Shown: piece by piece, positions 1-13,300 of the stretch | How positions within the stretch are numbered: the first letter of the stretch is position 1 | Layout: every line of letters begins with the position of its first letter | Source of the DNA: Ruditapes philippinarum | Taxonomy: Eukaryota | Direction of reading: 5' to 3' | Assembly: GCF_026571515.1 (NCBI RefSeq) | Contig: NW_026859508.1 | Coordinates: forward strand, 62,001-126,000 | DNA length: 64,000 nucleotides | The notes under the pieces: model-generated | Databases searched by the model: none | What the model saw: only the letters and a program-made list of their open reading frames with translations | What the model was told of the DNA's origin: nothing | Position numbers and translations under genes: made by a program

Positions 1-536
1 ATCAGTTCGAGTGCAATCAAGTTGTCATACTTATTAATATATAATTTGAAAGAGTGTTATTGTTCTTATAGTTAGAGTTAATGAACGTTCAGAAGGTAAA
101 GACGTATCATTTAGCATTGCCCATGAAGCTGTATTCATTTGTTCACGTGTCATTCATATATTTGACATGTAAAAATACTTTTTATATAATTCATAATATA
201 TAAAATTATACAAAACATATTTTTATCCGTTAAATATATTAACCAAAAGTTAAATAACATTAAAAAATTATAAATAATTCTCATAATATTTTAAGACTAC
301 ATTTTGATTGATAAAGCTACTCACAGCATGGGAAGGGATATTTTTTAATTCGAAACGTTGCAACCAAAAGTTGTCTCCCCTTCACGTGGTCATCTTTATG
401 AACTTAAGGTATTCTTTCAGAATATGCATGCATTTCTTGACGATAAATATTCTTAAAAATATCGCGGGCATTAATTTAACATAAAATATTCCTTAAAACA
501 TTGTGGTCATTTTTATTAATATAAGATATCCTTCAG

Positions 537-1332
537 ATGTTGTTGGCACTTTATCTACACAGTCGAAAGTAGATATGAACCTTGATGTCAAGTTTGATGT
601 GGCGTCGTTTGACGTAAGAGTTGCCGGACCTTTGGCAAGCATAGGCTATCCCCACACGTACCCCTATAATGTGTTCTATATTTGGAATATAACGTTTCAG
701 AACAGCGTGCCTTTATTACAATTTACAGATATATCCCTACGAACATATGAGGTAATGGATGTAATGTAAAAGCCTACATCCGTCACTTACTCTTGAAAAT
801 TCTAAATAACATATCTTTGAATATTTTACTTGGAAAACATTTGATGTTTATCCTAGGTAATTCTTACCATACTATTACACGTATAGATGGACAATAAGGC
901 TTTTTTTAAACATTTCATTTTTTTCTAGAAGTTTTGGATATTTGACAAATTGAATATATTTAAACAATTACTTACGAAATCTATGAACTTATGTATATAG
1001 TTATGTACTTTGATGCAGCTCTTGTGTCCTTCAGGAAACGAATGATTTACCTAACATGGAATGTAGAGACACCATCATCGTAACTGGCTTTGAAATCGAA
1101 AACCCATTCGTCTTTTACAAACGATACTTTGCGGATTATTCTAAGCTGTACTTCCCTTACCAGTATGGGTCAAGGCAACGCGAATTTCTAACCAGTGATT
1201 TCAACGGAAAAATGCCCGCTTATTTTTCAATGCGTTCAAGAGGTGAACCCTTGTATCTAGCTCTCTTGTCGTGTTCTGCTCCGTTTATTAAACAACCAGG
1301 AAGAGGATTCCGAGTTCATGTTATTGAATCAG
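537..1332 (+). CDS. GPCR exons encoding CUB domain 1
   Basis: Exons 537-751 and 1035-1332 read [22 protein letters not shown]...LLQFTDISL...CRDTIIV...SRGEPLYL...GRGFRVH, matching the CUB consensus SPGYP..YP.N..W.I / L.F.DF.L / GRGF. Confidence 0.75.
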
Positions 1333-4300
1333 GTCTGATTTTTTGTTAGTTTTATGAATATTTATTTCCTAAGTACTCAAATTGACAGTTTATTTTGAGT
1401 GCAATATAGACAAGTGGTATAATAAATCAATGAAATCTTTTCTACACGCATTGACGTTGACTTTGAAGTAAAATCAGTAAATTTTTTTAAAATGACTGTA
1501 TGCTCATTTATTGTTTTGTTGTTAAGATAGATAGACTATTTTAATAAAGTTTGACCAATAATTGAAAAATATAAAAAAATGCCTAAAATATGAAAAGACT
1601 GCCTCCACTCCTTTTATAATAAATCATGTGTTGTCGATACATTATGAAGGAAATTTAAAGAATTTCCGGGTGACACGTGGATTATTAAATAGTCATTAGT
1701 TGTTGAGTATGAAATTGGAAATAAATATGGCAAAATGTAAACTTATTTTGAATTTTTCCTGCATTCTCAGCATCTACACTTGGACGGGCATAATGTCACT
1801 TTACAGACGCTCTTGGGATAACTTCTTTGTTGATTAGATACGGTCATTGCCAAAGTAATTCACTATAAATGGAATACCTCGCCTACTTATAATAAATATT
1901 TTAATTGTCTTTTATCTGTCCCATACTATATTGTATAGTACATTAACATTGAATTAATTACGGTTTGTACGACAAATGTTTTCTTTGTGACTCGATCTTG
2001 TGCTTAATACTGCGTATACAGATAAAAAAAAAATCCTTAATCTTTCTTTTTAACTTCAAAATAGCCACCCTGAATGTTTGATAGTTTCAACATATATACA
2101 AAACCAAAATAAAGTGCACGTTATTTTCAGAATTTCCAAACTGTTTTTCAATCGACACGGCAGCAACATCTAGTTATTGTTATGAACAAGTCATGCTTAT
2201 AATAACACCAACATTTCTTGGAAGAGATGACGTCGACTTTCAGAAAATCAAATATACCATTGCTCCTTCTGACACCGCTCTTCTGGTGACTTTTGAGATG
2301 GTAGACTTTGATATCAGCTGTTATTCAGGTATGACTTCTAAGTGTTTCACAGTCCTTGTGAAGCTAAAATGAGCCGCGTCATGACAAAACCAACATAATG
2401 GGTTTGCGACCAGCATGGATCCAGACCAGCTTCCGTGCAGTCTGATCAGGATACATGCTGTTCTCTACTTGTTATAGGGTTTGTAAGCGAACAGCTTGGA
2501 TCCTGATCAGACTGCGCGGATGCGCAGGCTGGTCTGGATCCATGCTACTCGCAAACTCATTATGTTGGTTTTGTCGTGACGCGGGTCAAATGTAAATTAC
2601 CTCATACACACACTAATATACCTTAAAGGAAGTTTGTGAGTTTTAAAGTAGTAATAAATTCCTTACAATGTACTCGTATCTTAATGATCCGCTTTATGGT
2701 CTATTTGCAACTGAGATGTGGTGTTGTTACTTAGAATTATAACATATTATTGAATAAAGGGGACCCTTAAATTGTGGAGAACATCTGTTGTCTTGATGCC
2801 CTGTCTTTATTTCGAGACTTTTGAGACTTACATATATGTATTATACAGTTTATATTGTTCTTTTGCTTTCGAAAATAAGAAACGCTCTGTGAAAATAATA
2901 TATAAAGTTGATTTATTGATTAATGAAATCAAAAATTTTACACGTATTTGTTAAACCATCTATACATGTAGATCTACAATGTATTATAAAATTATTGTTG
3001 TTTTTGTTCCTTCTTTCTCTAGGATCTTCTTTTTCCATTGCAAGTTTTGCGGAACCTCAACGCTACTGTAATCTTAATGTTACACACGGGAAGCTTTTTT
3101 ACTTTGCACAGGGTCTATCCATTATTTATTCAAAATATATCCTCCCTACATCTGAAAAGCAAACCTTTCCTGAAGGTTTTCACATTAAATACAACACAAT
3201 CTCGAGAAATAAGACATTTCCATACGTCATAGAATCACAGGATGGAAAAGGTAAACTATTTTGTATACTTGAAACTAGTCAAAAAAGAGATACGTATGAT
3301 TCTTTATCCATATATGATAAGTTATTCCTATTTGATCTCATTTTGTGCAGTCTCGTTTTTTCTTCTTAAACATACACTGAACTTATACAAGCGGCAAAGG
3401 CGAATCAGCGGAGAAAAAGGTAAAATGACCAGTTTCAGTAAGGATATCATGTTCTTATTATTTTGATATTATCACAGTTCAATTAAAATTTAATAAGTGT
3501 CAATATGTAATTCATTATGTACATCTTTTCAAGGGCAAATTAAAACTAAAAAGTCTGATTTTACCATTTTAAACAATGTTTTGATAAAACTCAATGTATG
3601 TGTTAGAAGAAGTACATCATCCCAAATGATAAGGTCGGACTTCTGTCCGCAATGAGCCATTAATCTCCAAGAGAAGACAGAAAGTTGACTATTTTGAATG
3701 TCATTTTGCATTCCGAGTTCTTGACGACATGCCTTTCCAGCGATACCTGTAAATGCACCATCAATTGTTTAAAAATTCAAATTGAAATCCAGTGGTAGAT
3801 CTTCAGTGGTATTATATAAAAATGACAAATGACAATAAAGTTGCACAAACTAGGCTCTGCATCAAAATAAGAATAATAAAATCCGGAAGAATTGCTCCAG
3901 AGCACTTAAACATCCGATGAGAAATGTGATAGAAGTTGTATACAGAAGTTTTTTTATATTGTATAAAAAGATAGGTATTTGTGAGTTAAACTGAAGCACT
4001 TGTGAAATGTAGAAAGAAATGTTATATTTATACTTTTACATATTTCCTTTGTTAAAATAACAGAAACAAAATAAGTAAAAAATAAACAATTCAGAAAACT
4101 CAGACAATATTGGCTTGTACTCTTGATGACAATAGTTCTGCGAGAGATTGTCTGACATCATTTTTCAAATAGAGGAGGAGTCTCGCAAATTAGGACGTCC
4201 TCCAGACGACATCAGCCAATGTGACAGATTGTCTGACATAATTTTTGAAATAGAGGAGGAGTCTCGCAAAATAGGACGTCCTCAAGACGACATCTGTCAA

Positions 4301-7300
4301 TATGACAGATTGTCTGACATATTTTTTGAAATAGAGGAGGAGTCTCGCAAAATAGGTCGCCCTCCAGACAACATCAGCCAATGTGCCAGATTGACTGACA
4401 TATATTTTGAAATAGAGAACGATTCTCTCAAAATAGGACGTCCTTCAGGCAACATCAGCCCATGTGACAGATTGTCTGAAATCATTTTTGAAATAGAGGA
4501 GGAGTCTCGTAAAATAGGACGTCCTCCAAACGACATCAGCCAATGTAATGAGTAGATTTTTTTTTCGCTGATTAATAATACTAATCATAATAATATGAAA
4601 CTGCTTTGCGTTTTATTTATTAAATAAGATAAGCTAGTGTAGTATTACTTTGACTAATATATGTTTATCGTTCTTAATGTTTTAGATGAAATTAACACTT
4701 TTACATTAAATTAATACTTAACTTTTCTTTAATAAATAAATCGTCAGTTTTTCTTTTCTCTACAAAAGTTGAAACCTGATATATTTAATCAAGAAAACGG
4801 CACAATTGGTGACTGAATTAATCAGTGTGTTTTTGTTGTCATTATATGATGATACCCAATTAGCTAGCTTTAATAGTTTTTTATATCCACATTTTGTAAT
4901 TTTCATGATAAAATAATCACGGTTTTGATGTAACATTATACCAGTATATACAACAACTCTTGGTCATGTGAAGGAAGAAAGAGGACAAAAAGATGTTAAT
5001 TAAAATGATTGTTTAAAAAAAATTATTTTACCGGACATAAACCCTTTTATATGATAAATTCTTTTCACTGTGGGCGTTTGGATAAAACGTCGGTTCTTTA
5101 ATAATCCGAAAAATCAGTTTGTTGTTCAAAAACGGTTAAAGTTGGGGCAATAATGTTATTGTCAACGTCTAGTGATACCATTTAGCTGCAATTTGATATA
5201 TAAGTGGCGGCGTGGCGAAGTGGTTAACATGTCAGACTAGTAATTACTGACCGTGTGGGTTCAAACCCTGTCAGGGGCAAGCCGTTGTTTCCTTGAGCAA
5301 GAAACTTTACATTCATTGCTAAGTACTGGTTGGTTCCAGGAACGGATTCGAGAGTGTTTCAATAAGCTTATAGCTTCCAACACAATCGAACTAAAATAAA
5401 TTTGTATAAACTAATTTGATATATAACTTTATATGATTTACATAAGAATGACTGCAATTTTGACTTATACTGGACAAGTGACATTCGGCCGATTTGGCGT
5501 GTTCAACCCCTTGTCTATATCTTATGTATACAGTACAGTATTTTTTTCTAGAATTTACATTTAACACCATAGTGCCGAGTCCCTGTGGGTTTAACAATGC
5601 AGTGCCTTAACGACAAACTCATAATAGAACTGCATTTATCTTTATCAGTATCGGCGAAAATAAAACGATATTGGTATTTGTCTAAAATGGAGCAATGAAC
5701 TTAAATTTACAACATCAGTTTACTTGTATTAGTTTATAAGATACATTTTTTCACGATAATTGGTTAATTTGTTTGTCTAAATTTTACCTGTTTACAGTAT
5801 GCAACGATGAAATCAACAAGTGCCTTTCGTTTCAAAGGATTTACAAAAAGTCTTGGATGGATGCCGCTGAGATATGCAGAAGTCAAGGAACCTCTCTCGT
5901 CACCATAAAGTCTGTGAAAGAGTTTAACTTTTTGCATCATCTTCTTCTTGCCCTGTTTAGAAAGAGGGTATACTTTGAAGGCCACAAAAGTTTGCTTTAT
6001 ATAGGTATTTAAATGACAAAATTTTAACTGATAGTTTCAGAAATATGAAACATAATCTTTCATAGATTTAAGTAAAACTATCATGTTTATCATGTTGACA
6101 TTTTTCCGCGTTTAACCTGTGATGTTTTTTTGAATTTGTAATCAACACTGATTGTTCATATTGCAAATGTCTTAAAACATTCTTTCTTAAACTTTATCCA
6201 GGTTTGAGCCGGTACATTGACACATCTGGAATAAGCCATGAGCACTGGATTGATGGAACTCCCTTGACATTTACTGCTTGGTTTGTAAAACTAAACCTAG
6301 AAGGCTCGAAATAATTTCATTGGCATCTCATATATTTGTACAGAGTTATCTTTGAGCCTTTAAAATTTTTATTCATGTATGATTATAACTGTCATAATGA
6401 CTGTCATAATTTTAAAATGTTAGATTTTCTCTCTCTCTTGCAAGTTTAAGTAAATTTTATTCTTTACCCAATATGTATTACCGAAGGATTTTTATATCAA
6501 TGCGAATACTTATAGCCACACGGGCGGACAAAATGAATGGCACAACTTGAGAAACAACATTAAGAATTACTCTGAGCAAGCAAGTCTCTGGAAGACATGA
6601 TCCATTACTTATAAAAAAATCTTACTCGTGCTCATACAGCAAATCGAACAGTAATTTTGAATTTAATGTAATTGAAAAGATGACAAATAAACTAACTACT
6701 TTAAACTAACCATTTTGCACATCATTTTTAATTATATAAATACGTGAACACTTTTGAATCCATTGAAGGAATTCAAATCAACCTTCTGAAACCATGATTA
6801 AACAGTGCACAAAAATGGTACTACCTGTCAATGAGCAAAATAAAACAAACATTTGGGAGACAACTACCTGCACAGAAAAATCTGGAGCCTATATGGAGTT
6901 AGTGTGTGAGCAGAAAACTAAGCAATATACACAAAACAATACGGGTAAGAAATCTAATTTAATAGCTGGTTGATTCAGACGGTAAATTAGGACTGAATGT
7001 GAATGAAATAAACTTTTCACCGCAATCGTCAGCAGTGGAATTATATGTTTATTATTCAGAAACTATGAAAGAGATAATGAGAATGCGTTTAAATATTTGT
7101 TTGTTTTATAGATTTTAAAAAGCATAAAATCGGCTATTTTCCCCTATTTTGCCCATGTTATAACGGGACCAAAGCCATGTGTTAACATAGTCACGCGCGC
7201 TTTTTATAGCCCGGTTTTACTTATGCGCAATACATACAGGGTTCAGTAAACAAACATAAAAAATTGACGAGGCCTCAAGCAGACTCGTTTTGATGAGCAT

Positions 7301-10300
7301 TTTAATGATTCAAAATTTACTTTTATGCAATATCTGAATGATTTGTAAATGCTTATAAACAGAACTGTTAATCTGGTTTGCAGAATTTGATACAGGCTGT
7401 TACAGTGGAACGGCATCAAAATACAAAGGAAATCAATCAATATCAAGAAGTGGATTGAGGTGTCAAAGATGGGATAGCCAAATTCCTAACGAACATGAGT
7501 TCCTAAACCGTAGGAAATTTCCTGACAAAAGGATTTCTGACGCCGCAAACTATTGTCGTTCGCCAGATAAAGACGTGAAGCCGTGGTGTTTTGTAAACGA
7601 TTCTATGATAGCGTGGGATTATTGTCCTTTGGAGCGATGCCAGACTGGTTTGTACAGAAAGAAAAGTTGCAATGTTCCATTAAAAGGTCTTGAATACAAA
7701 AACAAGCAGATTTCAAAATGTATAGGTGGCACGATAGCTCAGTTGGTTAGACCACTGATTATCACTCCACTCCTGAGTTCCCTGGTTCGATCCTTGATTA
7801 TACCCTTGGGATTTTCCAGAGACACTTTCAGTGTTTCCCACCTACCAAGAGGTGTACTGGTAGGATATTCAGATTATCCTCGCATGTATCAGTGCTATAC
7901 ACTGGGCATGTAAAGGAACCTTCCTTAATGTATACAATTTATACCTGCTTAGAGTAATCGTAATCAATTCTAAAGCAGTATGATGGAGATGTGTGCTAAA
8001 ACGTCTGGGGGCAGTTTGTTTTGTTGTATTGTTGTTTTGTTGTATTTAACTCTTATAGACAGAGTACGTCTGTTATTACCTATTTGTTTCAATTCATACA
8101 CACAAGAAATATCATGTTTGTTGTACGAAAATATACTTTTGCATCATCTTGATAAACAAAGATTGAATATAAATGATTCACTGCATATTCTTGTTTTATT
8201 CTCTCTTGCTACATTTACAGAAAGTACTGATTTAGCCAAGGATGATACGACATTGTTCAAGTGTTCTAGTGGTGAATGGATGTCATTTAAAGTTCGATGT
8301 AACGGTGCTCCCGAATGTCTCGATGTCTCGGATGAAGACAATTGCACAACACGTACGTTCCTTGCGTATTTTTGGTCTTCTTTCAATGCTATTGAAAGTG
8401 AAGGGTGGTGTATTGTGTCAACTATTGCAATAATATGTACTATATATCTTTTATACTTGATATACATGATAACTTACTTTCAGTACGTCTATGATCTAAG
8501 AAGCACATTGAAATCATATGAAATACCATTTTCATAATTACATTTTACAAGATTTAGGCTTGAAAGTTCTTTCCCTTTTTCACTTAATTAAAAATATGAA
8601 TACATGTGTACAATTATGCTATCCTTTAAACGGATATTTTTCAAAACATCAAATGCATGCGTAGCCTTATAATACTAGTTATATTGTTTGTATCAATTTC
8701 ACAAAGCTCTCTTACCTCAGCATGTTTAACATCTTTTTCTTTTCCTTTTTGTTTCTTCCTCCTTTTACTGTAAAAAAAAATTGGGTATACCCAGCAAGGG
8801 AGAAACCACGCATTGAGCCTTAGAAAATGTTCATTCTATAAAAAACTTTTAAAGTCATTACTTTAAATAACATAAAAGGGCGTCCTCTCACCGCTGTGGG
8901 CTCAAATCACGACAAGATCTTTGGATTCTTTAATGTCAGGAAGTAACGAGCTAGTTTACGGAACGTCGGTTGTTCTACATAGGTGCCCTTTCATGCCTGA
9001 AATAATGCACGAAAGGGTACCTGAGGTCTTCGTCCACCTGTAATGCTGGAACGTCTCAAAATGAACTATACCACGGCGGTGCGACGTAAAACCCAATCAA
9101 ATAAAAAATCAAATCAAAGAACACAAAAATAAAGAACGAATATTGCATGTGTTTTTTCAGCTGTAAGTACATGCGAAGATGACTTTTTCACCTGTCAGGA
9201 TGGTCGGTGCATACATATAAGTTTCCTCTGCGATTTTGTCCAAGATTGCTACGATGGCTCAGATGAGTTTTGTGGTAAGAACAAATAATGACATTATTAT
9301 TATGTTTTGCCTATTGTTGCAAAATAGAGATATACTTAATCTGAAAATGATATGTTCAGTGCTTTGCCGTAATATATATATGTGACATTTTTAAAACATA
9401 ACTTTCAGTACATGGCCATGAAATTCGAAATTTGATTGATCATTGCACCCCCGTATTTTTTAAATTAGAAGGTATTTTGAAATCAGAGAATCCGTATATT
9501 GATGCAAAGCACATTGTTAAGAACTGTTTCTTTTAAGCATAAATTTAGATTTATTGCCCTTAATAGTTTTCATACTTTATTTTTTATTCTGGAAATAAGG
9601 CTATCGCCTCAGTCAGTACGTCATCTATCGGTGAATATCACATCATATTGAATGACCATACATCGTCGACTTTGAATCACTCGCGCGTATAAAATATTTT
9701 GCCTTTTGTTTTTTACGACATTAAAATATTATTAGTTTACTGTTAAACGTTACACCTGCAATGATGAATTACTTTCGTTTGCGCTACGTTTGCTTAGTCA
9801 TTGGTCTGGCGTCATCTTGTTTAAGTGTGTCTTTTTCCAACGATTCTTTAATGATCAAAGCCATTTTTATATAAAAAAACAGATATTATTGACCAGTAAG
9901 CCATCGAATATGACGTGATATTTACCGGCAGAAAATCAGATGTCATCTGCCTGTGAATATCACTTTATATTCAATGGCTCACTAGTCAATAATTGAATAG
10001 TAATTGCTTTAGTCATTGGCTCCAGAGATGCGTCATCAGTCCATACCTTATATGGAATGGACGAATTTAAGCAAACCGAGTGTTCAAGTTTCACCTTTTA
10101 ATTATTATTTTCAATATTTCCCATTTCCTTCCAAATTTTTCAAATTATTTATTGTTATGTATAATTTCTTGCTACAGCATAACTCAAATAAGTCAGAAAG
10201 TATCATCTCGTAACATCATATGTGGATAAATAATGTTAGAGTTATATGTGGATAAATAATGTTAGAGTTATTAATATTTTATTGCTTTTATATTTTTATC

Positions 10301-13300
10301 CTGAGAACAACTGTTTTATTCGTGTTAAATACAGATTTACTAAATACATAGTGCTTAATTCAAATTCAATTTGTTCTTCATCACACAATATTACTTCCCA
10401 GTTTAAGTCATTCCATGCTTTTATAAAACTTTTTTACGTGTATCAATGCAAAGCAGCAAGTGGGACTAGTTGTATTTTAACCAAAACATTAGTTGTTTCA
10501 AGGAGGACAATCTACTTTCTTTACATATTCAATAGTTTTGCATGTTGTCTTATCAGATATTAGGTTTTGAAAAATTACATGACTATTATAATAACATCGA
10601 ATACACCGAAGATCATGTTATATTGTATAATTCAAAATAATTAATAGTACTGAGAATCATGTCGGATCAAATGTTAACATAACTTTTCTTCTACAGAACA
10701 TCCAAATTGCGATTATGAAACCGAGTTCACTTGTAACAACGGTCAATGTGTACCGATTCATCAAAGGTGTGATTCTTACAAACAATGCCTGGATTCAAGC
10801 GACGAAGCGTTTTGTGGTATTATTTTTATACTTTTATAATGATAAACATATACGAGAGACACCATATATTTGACAGAAGATACATGTATGTATAACCGAC
10901 GATTCCATTATTATCAATCCGACAAACATTATCAAATATCAGTTATGAATGCTTTATTTTGTACATTTATGCTTATCAGATGTTTGTTAGTTCTTATAGA
11001 CATTTTGTTCAAGTTATTAATGCTGACCATTATTTTGTCCATGCTATAAAAATATTAAAATAATCTTCAGAAAATTCTTCAAAATAAGGAAGCCCTCAAT
11101 TAGTTCTTATTAAGCGTTTAAGGTTACAGTCAGTTTTGCCACTTGAAAAAATGTTAATTGATTGATTTATTAAATGAACATTTCTATGCTTTCATGCAGA
11201 TTTTTGCAACAATGATGTGGCGTTCCAGTGTGGAGATACGTCGTGTTTATCTGAACGACTGGTTTGTGACGGACATGTGGATTGTGTGGACGGTGCAGAT
11301 GAAAGAAATTGCAGTCAAATCTATAAAACGTGTGATGATATATGGAGAGATGGTTTAACGAAGGATGGAATTTATACTATAGGTTGGTTCTTGGTTTAAA
11401 CATTATAACAGTTTAGGTAAGACATTGCCTTATGGATGAGGTGTTGCCCAAACGTTGAGCGTCTCAGAATTGCAGCCATCGTTTAACGTTGCGTGATCGC
11501 ATGAGGGGACTAAATGGGTTCGATTTTTTTGTCTATGCATCTTTTAGCACCAGCAGGTGAGATGGTTTTGCCTCTTGGTATTGCTTAAAGTTTGTAACAC
11601 CAGATATCAGACAGAATCATGTTTCCTGTTTACCTAAATTGCGTTGGTGCTCGTCAAAAATACCATAAACATAAAAGGTTAATCAAAGTTAACTTTTACA
11701 ACGCTAAATACAATGTACCTTAAATGGACTTGTCTTTTTAAACATAGACGAATCATTTTACAGCTTCTAGTGGTACGGTATAAAAGCATACAAGTGTACA
11801 AAATTGAATTGTATATATATTTATATATATGACATTTCTTGTTATAAAAAGTTAGTCATATACTCTGTGTTATTAAGTTAGTCTACTCAGGCGGAACAAT
11901 GAAAGGTTACGTATCTGTGACGTACCCGAGCACTTGTTTAGGAATTTCACAATAGTAATGGTCTCAATTCTTGTTGCAGCTTTCTTTTAATTGCCAATGT
12001 ATATTTCCAAAATATATGAAGAAAAAAAAAGTTTTTTTCAAGCGCATATAATTTTTTTTGCTTCACATATTATTGTATAAATATAACCTTTTTTTTAGTA
12101 TAATTTGTTTTTTGTTTTTGTTTTTTTTTTTCGTTTATTTTATTTATAATATTTACTTTATCCACGCATTTATATCTTGTTTCAGGCGAAGGATTTAAAG
12201 TACGTTGTACCTTCAACAGAACAACTGGTTTTATAACTATGAAATTTCTCACCAGTGACTGGAGGAGGTACAGCAATACAAACACATTCTCGGTTGATCC
12301 GCCAAGTAATTCTGTGATCAACGATGCTACCCAACACGGTTATATCTGCTCGCAAAAGGTAAATACCTTAATTTCTTCGTATGTTAATATACATACAGAA
12401 TTTATTTAAGTTCGATTTTATAGGAAGCTGTTAGTGAAAAAGGAGTGTAAATTTTCTTGCTCAAGGAGTGTAAAGTTTCTTGTTTAGCTTTCCCCTGACA
12501 GGGTTTGAATCCATGCGGCAAGCGAGCGATCCTTAGAATTCTAAGCCGATCCGTTAACCATTTGACCATATATCCGCCACTTTTATTTATTGATTGACAT
12601 CTTAAATTCTAATTTCTTTATTGGTTATTTAATACCTAGCAATTACAGTATATCGTTTGTTATATAACACAGTTATAACAGCGCTTTTGATTGGATAACC
12701 GTGAACTATATCATAATGTTTATCTTTATCTATGTTCCTTTATCTATGAAACAGAAAATTGTCTTATTAAATTCTCTGATGTGTTATATAATAGAAATAT
12801 TGTTGAAGACAATAGCATTGATAATAAATAGAATTTATGTGTTTACCAATGTGTATATTATGAGTGATTTAATAAGCATTTTACCTTTTTTATTTAAGTA
12901 CTTTGAACGTTTTAAAAGGGGAAAGGAACGAGTTATGGCATTTGACAATGAGTTTTCGAATGAAACAATTACTTCAAGTGGAGAGAGAATAAGATATCTA
13001 AACATCTTTAGACGGCAAGAGTTGTTTTGTATTATTTAAATTTACCCCCCATCCTCCCCAACCCTCTAGTTCTCTTCGCCAACACCCCTTTTCGTTTGTA
13101 GGCCTATTAATTAACCCTTTCTTTAATTTCATTGTCGGTTTCTATTATGTATTATCATAATAGTGTCCTGTTCGTATTTGGGAACTGCTGGACCCTGTCT
13201 TGCTAGGTCGTTTGGGGGTTGCGGTCATTGCACGCCGCCCTTCCTTGTTGATCTTCTTTATTTGTACAATTGAAGCATGTTTTTATTTTCTAAAACAATG

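Noticed and set aside
10216-10272. 26-bp perfect tandem duplication
   Set aside because: Simple local slippage in an intron; no further structure.
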